Of a DNA stretch of 64,000 nt, positions 39,977 through 49,021 are shown one piece after another. The stretch's first letter is position 1, and each line of letters opens with the position of its first letter. The stretch spans positions 32,001-96,000 of the forward strand of contig JAVHQC010000030.1 in assembly GCA_036170915.1 (NCBI GenBank), in the 5' to 3' direction. The stretch comes from Cyanobacteria bacterium auto_48_18 (GTDB taxonomy: Bacteria > Cyanobacteriota > Vampirovibrionia > Obscuribacterales > Obscuribacteraceae). The notes under the pieces are model-generated. The model was not told where the DNA came from, ran no database searches, and worked only from the letters and a program-made list of their open reading frames with translations. Position numbers and translations under genes: made by a program.

Positions 39977-41143
39977 TTATGCACCGGGTTTAGCTTCAGC
40001 CAGAGCCCGAATTTGAGCAGTGACATCAGTATCGAGCAAGTTCGGCAAGTCAATGGCATCGAAAGCACATGCACCCACGCAAACTCCGCAAGCAGAGCAA
40101 CGGTATGGTTTGACGGTGGCCAGCAGTTTGAATCTTGAACCAGCTGGTGCCGGCACCATTTCAATGGCCTGATAAGGGCAATCGAATGAGCAGAGGCTAC
40201 AGCCGACGCATTTTGTCAGCACCACTTCTGCAGCCTCAATAGGGTTAGCGGCTTTGTACAAATTAGGCAGCGGCACCAGAACTAAACCGATGGTGGCACC
40301 AATCATCAGCACCCAATAGGTGACGAGATCAACATGGGCCATCAGCCAGTAAGGGAAGAGGAAGAACCAGTCGATATCAAAGCTGGTTGGAGCTGAGTTG
40401 ATATCGGCCATTTTGCCGCTGGTGATTGGAAAAGCAAATACAAAGAGCAAGAGTACAGCCATGAGCATATAGTTGATGGCTGGTGGTGGCGTAATTACTG
40501 GTCTGGTCATGCGCACATAGTGCATCCACAAACCAAACAACAAAGTGAAAGACAAACCGATGTGAATAAAGAGGAAGTTTGAAAGTGTCAGGTTTGTAAT
40601 GGCGGTGCCATTCAAGAACCATGCTTTAAGACCAGGCCCGACTACAGGCAGAGCATCAAAAGCACTTACAGTCATACGGGTCAAAACTAATGAACGCTCG
40701 TCCCAAACCAGGTAATAACCGGTTTGACCGACAAAGAGCACCATCAGCAGTAGCACGATACCTGTCACCCACTGAATCCAGCGGTATTGACGGTAGCGGT
40801 CTGTCACCCAAACACGCAAAGCGTGCAACACAATCGTAATCACCATGGCATCACCGGCGTAACGGTGGATACCACGAATAACCGCACCCATAGGCAACTT
40901 GTCGGTAATGTAGTCAACCGATGTCCAGGCGTTGACTAGATTGGCAGAGAAATAAGCATTATCGATGGTGGGAATGTAATAAGCGAAAAGCAAAAGACCT
41001 GAGAGGAATAAGACCCACAGGTAGAACTGAGGCAGAGCGCCGTGATAATAGAAAGGATTGTACTTATTGCTGATGACAGCATTAGTGCCTTTCTCAATTG
41101 TCAGCGCTAAGTCGGTCAGGCCTTTAGGTATCGACGTGTACAT
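39977..41143 (-). CDS. Cytochrome b (four heme His) fused to a C-terminal 2x[4Fe-4S] ferredoxin domain
   Basis: GIHRY…LHAL, FIHI…MHY, WVTG, TGYYLVWD; CVGCSLCSFDCP and CSACGVCVGAC; GGGAG RBS before ATG 41143. Confidence 0.9.
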   Translation of the reverse strand: MYTSIPKGLTDLALTIEKGTNAVISNKYNPFYYHGALPQFYLWVLFLSGLLLFAYYIPTIDNAYFSANLVNAWTSVDYITDKLPMGAVIRGIHRYAGDAMVITIVLHALRVWVTDRYRQYRWIQWVTGIVLLLMVLFVGQTGYYLVWDERSLVLTRMTVSAFDALPVVGPGLKAWFLNGTAITNLTLSNFLFIHIGLSFTLLFGLWMHYVRMTRPVITPPPAINYMLMAVLLLFVFAFPITSGKMADINSAPTSFDIDWFFLFPYWLMAHVDLVTYWVLMIGATIGLVLVPLPNLYKAANPIEAAEVVLTKCVGCSLCSFDCPYQAIEMVPAPAGSRFKLLATVKPYRCSACGVCVGACAFDAIDLPNLLDTDVTAQIRALAEAKPGA

Positions 41144-41189
41144 GATGCGGAACTCCCGTTCAACCAACCAATTAAATTACTTAAGTGGC

Positions 41190-41543
41190 TTATTTCTTAA
41201 CCGGCAAAATAGTTTTTTCTTCGGCTTCTTCACGGCCGACAGCTGCAATACCAATGGCGGCCGCGATCATGGCCACACCCATAACGAGCGAATAAGCATA
41301 GTCACCATAACGTGACTCTGCTCCTGATTTTTTCAAATATTCAGTCCAAGAAGCTCCCATACTTGCTACTTGATCATAGTTAGGCAAGGGCAAAAAGAAA
41401 TTCTCATTTGTCCATCTGAGCCAGAGCGGCCAGTTATCGAAAGCACCATTCATGCCAAGCTCAGCCCAGGGCATTAGCCCCGTGCATGCCAGGCATACGA
41501 CAGCTCCTACGACTACTAGAACAACGTTAATTGTCTTATCCAC
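41190..41543 (-). CDS. Two-TM hypothetical protein in the respiratory operon
   Basis: GTG start with GAAAGGA RBS; two hydrophobic helices. Confidence 0.7.
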   Translation of the reverse strand: MDKTINVVLVVVGAVVCLACTGLMPWAELGMNGAFDNWPLWLRWTNENFFLPLPNYDQVASMGASWTEYLKKSGAESRYGDYAYSLVMGVAMIAAAIGIAAVGREEAEEKTILPVKK

Positions 41544-41973
41544 GGTCGATCCTTTCTTGTGCTTCAGAATCTGATGACTTTTCACCAGCGCTTTTGTTCA
41601 CGCTTGCTAGTTTGTAATATATTTTGTCGAATAGAGGAATTTTGCGAGTGCCGTCATTTTTCGATTTTTCCTCGGCATAGATAAAGAAGGCTTGCACACC
41701 GATTAAGGCTACAGTGAGAACACTGCCGGCTATGACATATGCCACCGCAGACAGTGACAAACCATTCTGAATTTCTCTTGTGCCTTCAAAAAACCATGAC
41801 AGAGTAATCACCGAAAAAACAAAAGCGACAAGCTTCAATGACAGTTTGATTTTGAAAGTAGGCTTGCCATGAGAAGCGCCGGGATCTTTTTCAGACCCGC
41901 CATGGCTTTTAATTTCGGCGACGCTTCTCACTTGAGACTTCTTCTCTCCATTGTTCTTATCTTGCTTAGACAC
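41536..41973 (-). CDS. Two-TM hypothetical protein in the respiratory operon
   Basis: Starts immediately after the cytochrome b stop; two hydrophobic helices. Confidence 0.75.
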   Translation of the reverse strand: MSKQDKNNGEKKSQVRSVAEIKSHGGSEKDPGASHGKPTFKIKLSLKLVAFVFSVITLSWFFEGTREIQNGLSLSAVAYVIAGSVLTVALIGVQAFFIYAEEKSKNDGTRKIPLFDKIYYKLASVNKSAGEKSSDSEAQERIDRG

Positions 41974-43845
41974 CTAAGCTGCTGCCACCGGAGCGGCAGG
42001 TTTAGGCGCTTCGGCCAGACTCTTTTTCACCATATTGGCTTGGAAGGCTGCAAGCAAGCAGGCTACACCAGCCAGCGGTCCACCAATCATCCACCACCAG
42101 TCCACAGGCGGCACGGTGAGCGGATATCCGCCCTTAACCAGGCCAGGAGTGAGTCTATCCACCAGGGTGCAATAGTCCCAGGTCCAGCGGTTGTTGACCA
42201 TGAAGTCAATTATGCTGATGTATTCAGGGTGAGGCCCTTTAACAGGATCGGTAAATTTGATGGCACTAAAGGCACCATTAGGTCCTGCTGGTGTTTCAAA
42301 GGTTGGAATAAAGCGAGTAACGATATCGAGAGGTCCCTTGGTCTGACAAAGTCTTGCAAGTTCTTCAAGATCAGCTTTAGCAGCCGGCTCACCCAACACT
42401 TTGACATAGCCAGGATCAAGAGTAACGTGATAATTCCAGTACTCTTTGTTAACCGGCACGCCTGAATTTTTCGTACTGTGCAGTTTGCGCACAATTGCTT
42501 CCACTTTATCTGCGGTATCACCCATGGTGGGTCTGGCAATGCCGTAGAGTGCAGCGTGACCCATAGGGTCAATGAACATTTCAGTGAGGGCCATATAGTA
42601 GTAGGTGTAGCCCACGAAGGTCTGAATGGCGCAGATGGCAAACATAATCATGGCGGGCATAAAGCCTTTGGCTTTTTCCTGCATATTTTTGTTAGTCAGC
42701 ATCAGCACTGCCTGCCAGATAATACCGATGTCGATAGTACCGTAGAGGAAGGTGCGCCAGAATGGCGGGTCATAGTGAATATCGGCAATGTTGACGATAA
42801 TCAAATAAGAGAAAACAATCCAGCAAGCCGCTCCCATAAAGGTGAGCATGAGAATAAACGGCCGCTTCATGATGTTCTTTTCGTGACCGGTAATGGCTGA
42901 GTCTAAGAAAGGCAAAGCAATTACTGATACAGGAATAATCATGGTGATGTATGTTGCCACCACCGGCTCCAGATACTTGTACATCTGATACAAGCCAAGG
43001 AAATACCAGTCAGAAAGAATCGGCAACGGAGTGACATCTGGATCTGACCGTGAACCTTGAGCGGCTGGGAGCGCGACTGCCACAAAAGCAATCATCAAAA
43101 TTAGAACCCAACGCTTTGTCCAGTTCAAAGGCACCCGCACATAAGCATTGTGGAAGAAGTAGATTTCCACAAAAATCAGCGGTATCAATGAAAAGGCCAG
43201 GTGCAGTGAGAAGAATCTAGTCATGGTGTTCTGAGTAATAGCAGCACCACCACCAAGCAAGACTTCGGCTGTATTCCAACCTAAGTGCAATGATTTATAG
43301 AGAGGCTGATAGAAGTCGCCCATGACGGCGAACTGATCCATATAAGTCGGGAAAGTAGCAAATACCTTGGTCGCCCAGAAGGCGCGCTGATTCCAGATCA
43401 ATAGATATCCCGACAGTCCTGAATACATGGCGAGAAGCAAAGTCACCAGAGCAATGGCGATATTGAATTCTTTCGATGGTTTGTAATCGGCATTGATAAA
43501 CATGCGATAGAGGCGCATGGTGGCAGCGATGATCATGGCGTCTGCACCATACTTGTGCATGCCTCGCATCAGCCCGCCAATCGGGATGCCGTTTTGAATA
43601 TTGAGAATCGAATCGAAGGCAGCTGACTTAGTGGGCACGTACCACATGATTAAAATCAGGCCAGTGGCCATGACTATGAACCAGACCAGATAGAAAATTG
43701 GCCCTAGTGCATAGAAAGGGTTGGTTCTCGCTTCGACCTGGTGATGCTCATCGAAAATATCGATGTTGTTGATGCGAGTTTTAACCCAGTCACCAGCAGC
43801 AGTGAGAGTGCTCGCAATGCTTTTATCTTGTACTGAACTAGGCAA
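41974..43845 (-). CDS. Cytochrome b of a Rieske/cyt b complex lacking both heme bH His, with C-terminal extension
   Basis: RGMHKYGAD, SGYLLIWNQRAFWA, TRFFSLH, SDWYFL (PEWY-like); TTG start with GGAGG RBS. Confidence 0.9.
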   Translation of the reverse strand: MPSSVQDKSIASTLTAAGDWVKTRINNIDIFDEHHQVEARTNPFYALGPIFYLVWFIVMATGLILIMWYVPTKSAAFDSILNIQNGIPIGGLMRGMHKYGADAMIIAATMRLYRMFINADYKPSKEFNIAIALVTLLLAMYSGLSGYLLIWNQRAFWATKVFATFPTYMDQFAVMGDFYQPLYKSLHLGWNTAEVLLGGGAAITQNTMTRFFSLHLAFSLIPLIFVEIYFFHNAYVRVPLNWTKRWVLILMIAFVAVALPAAQGSRSDPDVTPLPILSDWYFLGLYQMYKYLEPVVATYITMIIPVSVIALPFLDSAITGHEKNIMKRPFILMLTFMGAACWIVFSYLIIVNIADIHYDPPFWRTFLYGTIDIGIIWQAVLMLTNKNMQEKAKGFMPAMIMFAICAIQTFVGYTYYYMALTEMFIDPMGHAALYGIARPTMGDTADKVEAIVRKLHSTKNSGVPVNKEYWNYHVTLDPGYVKVLGEPAAKADLEELARLCQTKGPLDIVTRFIPTFETPAGPNGAFSAIKFTDPVKGPHPEYISIIDFMVNNRWTWDYCTLVDRLTPGLVKGGYPLTVPPVDWWWMIGGPLAGVACLLAAFQANMVKKSLAEAPKPAAPVAAA

Positions 43846-44407
43846 TTGAACCAGCCTCCAACGCAACCACTTGATACGTTTCGCCTACTCTCTTGATCTC
43901 AAATTTCCGCGGTGGACGTGGTGCAGGACCGCTCACCACTTTACCGGCCTGAGCAATATCGTAGACGCTCAAGTGGCATGGGCAGGCAAACACTGGGCCA
44001 GCGGGTTTGAAGTTGTAACCTTTAGCGCATTCATCAGGATCTTTGACGAAATTGAAGATGCAACCAAGGTGCGGACAGATGCGGCTGTAGGCCACCACAT
44101 CACCAGTGGGCAATTTGACGATGAAACCAGGAATTTTGCGAATTTCAGCGCCTTCAGGGTTGTACTCAACGTACTTCTGATTGAACATGAAAGGCAGGCA
44201 GGTCCATGGATCTGGAAAATCTTTGTCTGTGTATGTAGGAATCGGCGGCTCGGCCAATGGTTGGTCTGATTCACCAAGAATGTCGAGCGGCTTTAGTGTC
44301 GGTCTGAGATATCTGAGAAACGGTGATATCAACAGCCCGAACGTGGCGGCCAGCGGTAAGGCTGCTACCGTCTTTAATATGACCCTTCTTCTAACTCCGT
44401 CTTCCAT
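43838..44407 (-). CDS. Rieske [2Fe-2S] protein of a bc-type complex
   Basis: Twin-Arg N-terminus plus TM; CPHLGC and CPCHLSVY; GPAPRP. Confidence 0.93.
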   Translation of the reverse strand: MEDGVRRRVILKTVAALPLAATFGLLISPFLRYLRPTLKPLDILGESDQPLAEPPIPTYTDKDFPDPWTCLPFMFNQKYVEYNPEGAEIRKIPGFIVKLPTGDVVAYSRICPHLGCIFNFVKDPDECAKGYNFKPAGPVFACPCHLSVYDIAQAGKVVSGPAPRPPRKFEIKRVGETYQVVALEAGSIA

Positions 44408-44431
44408 TGTCTTTTTCCTGATCTGAATGGG

Positions 44432-45334
44432 CTAGGTCTGCGGCTTACTTAGATTAGACTGCTCGCCTTTTTCTTTACTTTCTTTCTCTTCTTGGTCTTC
44501 TTTGACTTGACGAGCATGAGTAGCAACTTCGGAAGCATTGCTTTCGTGGAAGTGACGAACGAAGCCTACTAGCTTCCATATATATGGTTCGTCAAAGGTA
44601 ATTTTCTTAGCTTTGTCTGTTTTGCCAAGGAAATTAGGCATCCCTTCCCACTTTATACCGTGAGCGATGTGATCCCACAAAACTTGATCGGTGCGATCAT
44701 AAAACCTTGGGAAGTTTTGGAAGTTAGCCGGTGCTGGCTCAAGTACGTTGCCCTTCATGAGCGGGCCGTTGCCATAACCTTTAGCACCGTGGCAGACTGC
44801 ACAGTTTCCGCCGAAGACCGGCGATATATCTGCTATTTCAGTATCGGTCAGCGGCGGAGTCGAGAGGCTGCGCACATAGAAAACCATGTTCCAAATTTGC
44901 GGTGGACGCAATTTTTGCTGCACTGTAGGGTGCTCGAAACCACCTTTTGTTGTTTCGCTTTCTTTACCGAATGTAATGAAATCGTACTGCTCAACAGGCT
45001 TTTGTTTTCTGCCCCAGTCTTTGCTGGAGAAATCAACGGTGGCCTTACCGGCAACAGGTTTACCATCAGCTCCGTGGCAGCTGGCGCAATTTTGGGCTTC
45101 GTAGACGCCTTTGCCATCAGGAACGGAAGGATCGTCATTGGGCCAGATCGGTTCACGATCGCCAAGAGTTACCTTTGCGGCAACCAGACCATCATCAGAA
45201 GCAGGCAAAGTCACCTTACTGTTGGTACAAGCCGAAAGGCCAACCACAAAAGGAATGATTGCCAGCAGCAGTGAAGCAACCGGGGAGAGATTTTTATGGT
45301 TACTTAAAACCATTTTGGGCTTACTAAGTGACAT
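44432..45334 (-). CDS. Diheme cytochrome c, probable lipoprotein
   Basis: LSAC lipobox; CASCH and CAVCH. Confidence 0.9.
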   Translation of the reverse strand: MSLSKPKMVLSNHKNLSPVASLLLAIIPFVVGLSACTNSKVTLPASDDGLVAAKVTLGDREPIWPNDDPSVPDGKGVYEAQNCASCHGADGKPVAGKATVDFSSKDWGRKQKPVEQYDFITFGKESETTKGGFEHPTVQQKLRPPQIWNMVFYVRSLSTPPLTDTEIADISPVFGGNCAVCHGAKGYGNGPLMKGNVLEPAPANFQNFPRFYDRTDQVLWDHIAHGIKWEGMPNFLGKTDKAKKITFDEPYIWKLVGFVRHFHESNASEVATHARQVKEDQEEKESKEKGEQSNLSKPQT

Positions 45335-45340
45335 CTTCCT

Positions 45341-45517
45341 CTAATAACCAAAGAAGGGAATCCAGGACACCGCTGCATAGACAAAAATCAGGATGAAGCA
45401 AATCACCAGAAAAGGTGGCGGGGCACCTTCACCGATACGGTATTCAGAGACCACTTCGTAGTGGTCATCATCAACCGGTGTATTCGGAGTAACTATTTTT
45501 TTGACTTCTTCAGCCAT
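45341..45517 (-). CDS. Small single-TM protein (MAEEVKK…WIPFFGY)
   Basis: AAAGGG RBS; C-terminal hydrophobic helix; operon position. Confidence 0.7.
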   Translation of the reverse strand: MAEEVKKIVTPNTPVDDDHYEVVSEYRIGEGAPPPFLVICFILIFVYAAVSWIPFFGY

Positions 45518-45533
45518 TTTCCATATCCCTTTA

Positions 45534-45773
45534 TTAAGCTTCGCCTTGAGCACGAAGTTTTTCTACAGCAGCTTTGGCTTTATTGCCTAGCACCAGCTCT
45601 TCGCTATCGTCGAGCATGTCAAATTTGACTGATTCAAGATCTTCAAATTCGCCATTGCGAAATGCCCAGAGTACGCCAACTACAGCAATAGCAAAGAAGA
45701 GTCCACAAATGCCGAATGCAATCCATAGGCCAGAGCTGAGGCTGGCTCCATTGAGAACACAATTAGGACACAT
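45534..45773 (-). CDS. ccoS: cbb3 oxidase maturation protein CcoS/FixS
   Basis: TM followed by WAFRNGEFEDLE. Confidence 0.85.
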   Translation of the reverse strand: MCPNCVLNGASLSSGLWIAFGICGLFFAIAVVGVLWAFRNGEFEDLESVKFDMLDDSEELVLGNKAKAAVEKLRAQGEA

Positions 45774-45784
45774 AGTACTCTCCT

Positions 45785-46729
45785 TTATTCTTTACCGTGG
45801 TGCGGTTCATAAACCTGTTTGGTCAAGACTGGAAGATGTGTAGGTTCAACAACATTGAGTTGATCAAGATTGTTGACGGTCACTTCATGATCTTTCGGCA
45901 GAGTTTTCAAATATGCCACCAGATACCATCTTTGCTCTTCAGACAATACTGATTGGAAACGCGGCATTCTTGTGCCGGTCACCCCTTCTGAAATACGGTA
46001 GAACCAATGTTCATCAGGATACTGTTTGTAATAATCGCGAGTCAGATTTGGTGGTTTTTTCTCAAGAGTGATGGCGTTAGGGCCATTGCCCAGACCTTCT
46101 AAACCATGGCAAGCGGCACAGTTCTGAGTGTAGATACCACGACCAGCGTTAGCTGCGGCATCAGATGCGGTATCAACGTTTTTGCGTGCTGCAAGGCCGC
46201 GACCTTGTGGAGTAGTGGGCAAATATTCATCAGGCGGAGTAACAAAAGCAGTAACGGTGCGCTTATTACCAAGAGTCTGGATGTATTGCACCAGGTCGTT
46301 CATGTCACGTTCAGACAGATAGCTGAAGCTCGGCATAATTGAACCAGGCTTAACTGCACGTGGTGAAATCAAGTGAGCCTTTTGCCATTGCGAAGGGAAA
46401 CGTCCGCCTTCATTAGTAAGGTCAGGCCCTGTGCGAGCGGTACCCAGTTGGTGCGGAGTTTCGTAAACATAGTCGCCTTCTTTGACGAGCGGCCCGTAGC
46501 CACGATCTTGAATACGAGTAAATTGCGTATGGCAATAGAAGCAACCTTCGCGTACATATATTTGACGACCGCGAGCGGCATCACCAACAGCTAGTGGAAT
46601 TACTTTGTAGTCGTTGCCGCGTCCTGATGCTTTTGGATTGAAAAGCACCATGGGCATGAGCACCGTGGAGAAAATAATGATGAAGAACGTGGTGACAATG
46701 CCAATCGCACCAAGTCGGTAACCGTACAT
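45785..46729 (-). CDS. ccoO: cbb3 oxidase subunit II (CcoO) fused to a second cytochrome c domain
   Basis: GRQIYVREGCFYCHTQ, GTARTGPDL, SIMPSF; second heme CAACH with TRMPRF. Confidence 0.93.
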   Translation of the reverse strand: MYGYRLGAIGIVTTFFIIIFSTVLMPMVLFNPKASGRGNDYKVIPLAVGDAARGRQIYVREGCFYCHTQFTRIQDRGYGPLVKEGDYVYETPHQLGTARTGPDLTNEGGRFPSQWQKAHLISPRAVKPGSIMPSFSYLSERDMNDLVQYIQTLGNKRTVTAFVTPPDEYLPTTPQGRGLAARKNVDTASDAAANAGRGIYTQNCAACHGLEGLGNGPNAITLEKKPPNLTRDYYKQYPDEHWFYRISEGVTGTRMPRFQSVLSEEQRWYLVAYLKTLPKDHEVTVNNLDQLNVVEPTHLPVLTKQVYEPHHGKE

Positions 46730-48144
46730 TAGACCTTAACCTCCCGAGCCTTGACTGTCGCATCGGCTGAAGCTCTGGGTGTATAGAGCGTTTTAAATGT
46801 GTTGTATGCAAACAAACACTGACCAGTGACAATCATGAAACCGCTAATTGCTCTCAAGAACCAGTAAGGAGGTAGCGCATTACTCCACTGGTCCACTGGA
46901 TAACCCAGCGCCCAACCGGCAGATTGCACCAGACCAGCTGTTGTTAGAGACGTCATCATCAATAAGAAGCCTAAGAATTTGAGCCAGTAGTGCGCTCTAA
47001 TCAGCCCTTGACTGTGCCATTCACGGCCAGTCAAACGCGGCATGCAGTAATAAATTGATGAGGTAAGAATGAATGAGAACGTTCCCAGCAGCGCTAAGTG
47101 AGCGTGGCCAACTACCCATTGAGTAAAGTGGATATACCAGTTAATCCAGCGAGTAGCCTGGAACGGACCTTGAGTACAAGTGATCAAATAGAACATGCAT
47201 GAAGTAACGGCAAAGCGCAGTGGCAAATCGGTGGCCACTTGTCCCCATTTTCCGCGCATGGTCATGAAGAAATTGGTGAGCACGGTAAGAACCGGAACCA
47301 ATAAGAAAATCGACGAGATTACGGCGATGGCTTTTAACCACTCAGGCACAGGCGATTGCAAAATGTGGTGCGTGCCGGTTGGTGCATAAAACAGAGCAAT
47401 GCCCCAGAAGCCCAACATGGACAAACCATGACTATATAGAGGGGCTTTGGTAAAGCGTGGAATCAAGAAATACATCATGCCGACACCAACAGTGGTGAAC
47501 CACATGCCAAGAATATTATGGCCGTAGAACCAACCGATGATGGCGTCATTAAGACCAGGCAAAGCAACGAAAGTGCGCTGGCCGATTACGTATACAAGCG
47601 GGAACCAGAAAAGCGATCCGAGGAAATACCAGAGTGATACGTAGAGCTTTTTCACTTTACGCTGCACGATGGTCATATAAATATTGAAAGCAACAGAAAC
47701 GAGACCGATAACAACAATAACGTCGAGAATGGCGCCTAATTCGGCATATTCTCGACCTTCAGTGTTGCCATTCAATAGTGTGCAGAACGCTCCGATCATG
47801 AGGATGTTCCAGGCCCACATCGTAAAGTTGCCCAGTCGCTCGCTGTACAGTTTGGTTTTACAAAGCGTCGGCACCATGTGGAACATGGAACCTACGTAAC
47901 CCATGGACAACCAGCCGATGGCTACGGCGTTCACGTGCCACATTCTTAAGTGCGGCATAGATAGTTGCGGCACGCCGCGAATCAGGTCGGGCATAGAAAA
48001 TTCGGTTCCGGCAAGCATGCCGGCGCCCATTCCCCACAACGACCACCAGAGCGCCGACAGGAAGAAGTTGCGACTGGCGCTGCCTTCCTTGGCGCTGAGA
48101 AATCTTTCTAGCAAACTTGTTTGTGCCAAACTATTGATAGACAC
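46729..48144 (-). CDS. ccoN: cbb3-type (C-family) heme-copper oxygen reductase subunit I
   Basis: HVNAV, REYAE, WFYGHN, GTHH, WVVGHAH. Confidence 0.95.
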   Translation of the reverse strand: MSINSLAQTSLLERFLSAKEGSASRNFFLSALWWSLWGMGAGMLAGTEFSMPDLIRGVPQLSMPHLRMWHVNAVAIGWLSMGYVGSMFHMVPTLCKTKLYSERLGNFTMWAWNILMIGAFCTLLNGNTEGREYAELGAILDVIVVIGLVSVAFNIYMTIVQRKVKKLYVSLWYFLGSLFWFPLVYVIGQRTFVALPGLNDAIIGWFYGHNILGMWFTTVGVGMMYFLIPRFTKAPLYSHGLSMLGFWGIALFYAPTGTHHILQSPVPEWLKAIAVISSIFLLVPVLTVLTNFFMTMRGKWGQVATDLPLRFAVTSCMFYLITCTQGPFQATRWINWYIHFTQWVVGHAHLALLGTFSFILTSSIYYCMPRLTGREWHSQGLIRAHYWLKFLGFLLMMTSLTTAGLVQSAGWALGYPVDQWSNALPPYWFLRAISGFMIVTGQCLFAYNTFKTLYTPRASADATVKAREVKV

Positions 48145-48391
48145 TTAACGGTACCCCTTCAAAGGCTCCTTGCCTTGACTCATGTGTGATTCTAGGCTAC
48201 TGACATCGCCTCAATCCCCTTGCCGTACCATGAGTTTTCATTCAAGAATTATTTCAGCGTTAGAGGGGCTTCCCTACACATAGTTTGTCTTTGATACAAA
48301 GCGTAACTGACGGTCATAGACAGAAACCATACGCAAGGCAGCCAATGAGAATCGAGTAGATATGCGCCTTAGTCCAATTTCATTTTGAGCG

Positions 48392-49021
48392 TCAATTTTG
48401 CTCGCTGACCTTCGTCGACAGGTCGATGGAATTGAAGCGATTGGCACATTTGTCAATATCGTTTGTGAGCCAAAATTTAAGTGCGTCAGCAGCAGTCAAA
48501 AGCATTTTGTCGAGAATTTCTCTCTGCTCAAGCGGCACACTAGCCAAGACGTAATCACCCCTGGTGGCACCACCAGGGTCAGGACCAACCCCTATTTTCA
48601 AACGATCAAATTGCTTGTTGCCCGACAAAGATTCAATAATCGACTCCACTCCATGCTGACCCCCGGCACCACCACCCTTCTGAAAGCGTAAACGACCGGT
48701 GTTGAGCGAGACGTCATCGTGGGTGACAAGCAAAGACCCTGATTCAGGCTTGACTTTGTACCAGTGCAAAACTTTCTGTACTGCCTGGCCAGACAAGTTC
48801 ATATATGTAAGCGGCTTGACAATGATAATGTCGTCGCTGGCCACTTTCAAACGCGCATACTCGCACTGCATAGAGCTTGACTGGCGAAAATCGACTCGAC
48901 CTTCGCTACTGTCAGTCAGTTTGGTAGCAAGCAATTCAGCCAGGCGAAAGCCCACGTTGTGTCTGGTTTGTTCATAGCGCGCGCCAGGATTTCCAAGACC
49001 AACAATAATTTTCACAGCCAT
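48392..49021 (-). CDS. pth: Peptidyl-tRNA hydrolase
   Basis: VGLGNPG, TRHNVGF, KPLTYMNLSG, HDD. Confidence 0.95.
   Translation of the reverse strand: MAVKIIVGLGNPGARYEQTRHNVGFRLAELLATKLTDSSEGRVDFRQSSSMQCEYARLKVASDDIIIVKPLTYMNLSGQAVQKVLHWYKVKPESGSLLVTHDDVSLNTGRLRFQKGGGAGGQHGVESIIESLSGNKQFDRLKIGVGPDPGGATRGDYVLASVPLEQREILDKMLLTAADALKFWLTNDIDKCANRFNSIDLSTKVSEQN

Noticed and set aside
48145..48391. FNR/CRP box upstream of ccoN
   Set aside because: Only half-sites (TTGAC, TGTGA, TTGAT) without a correctly spaced partner.
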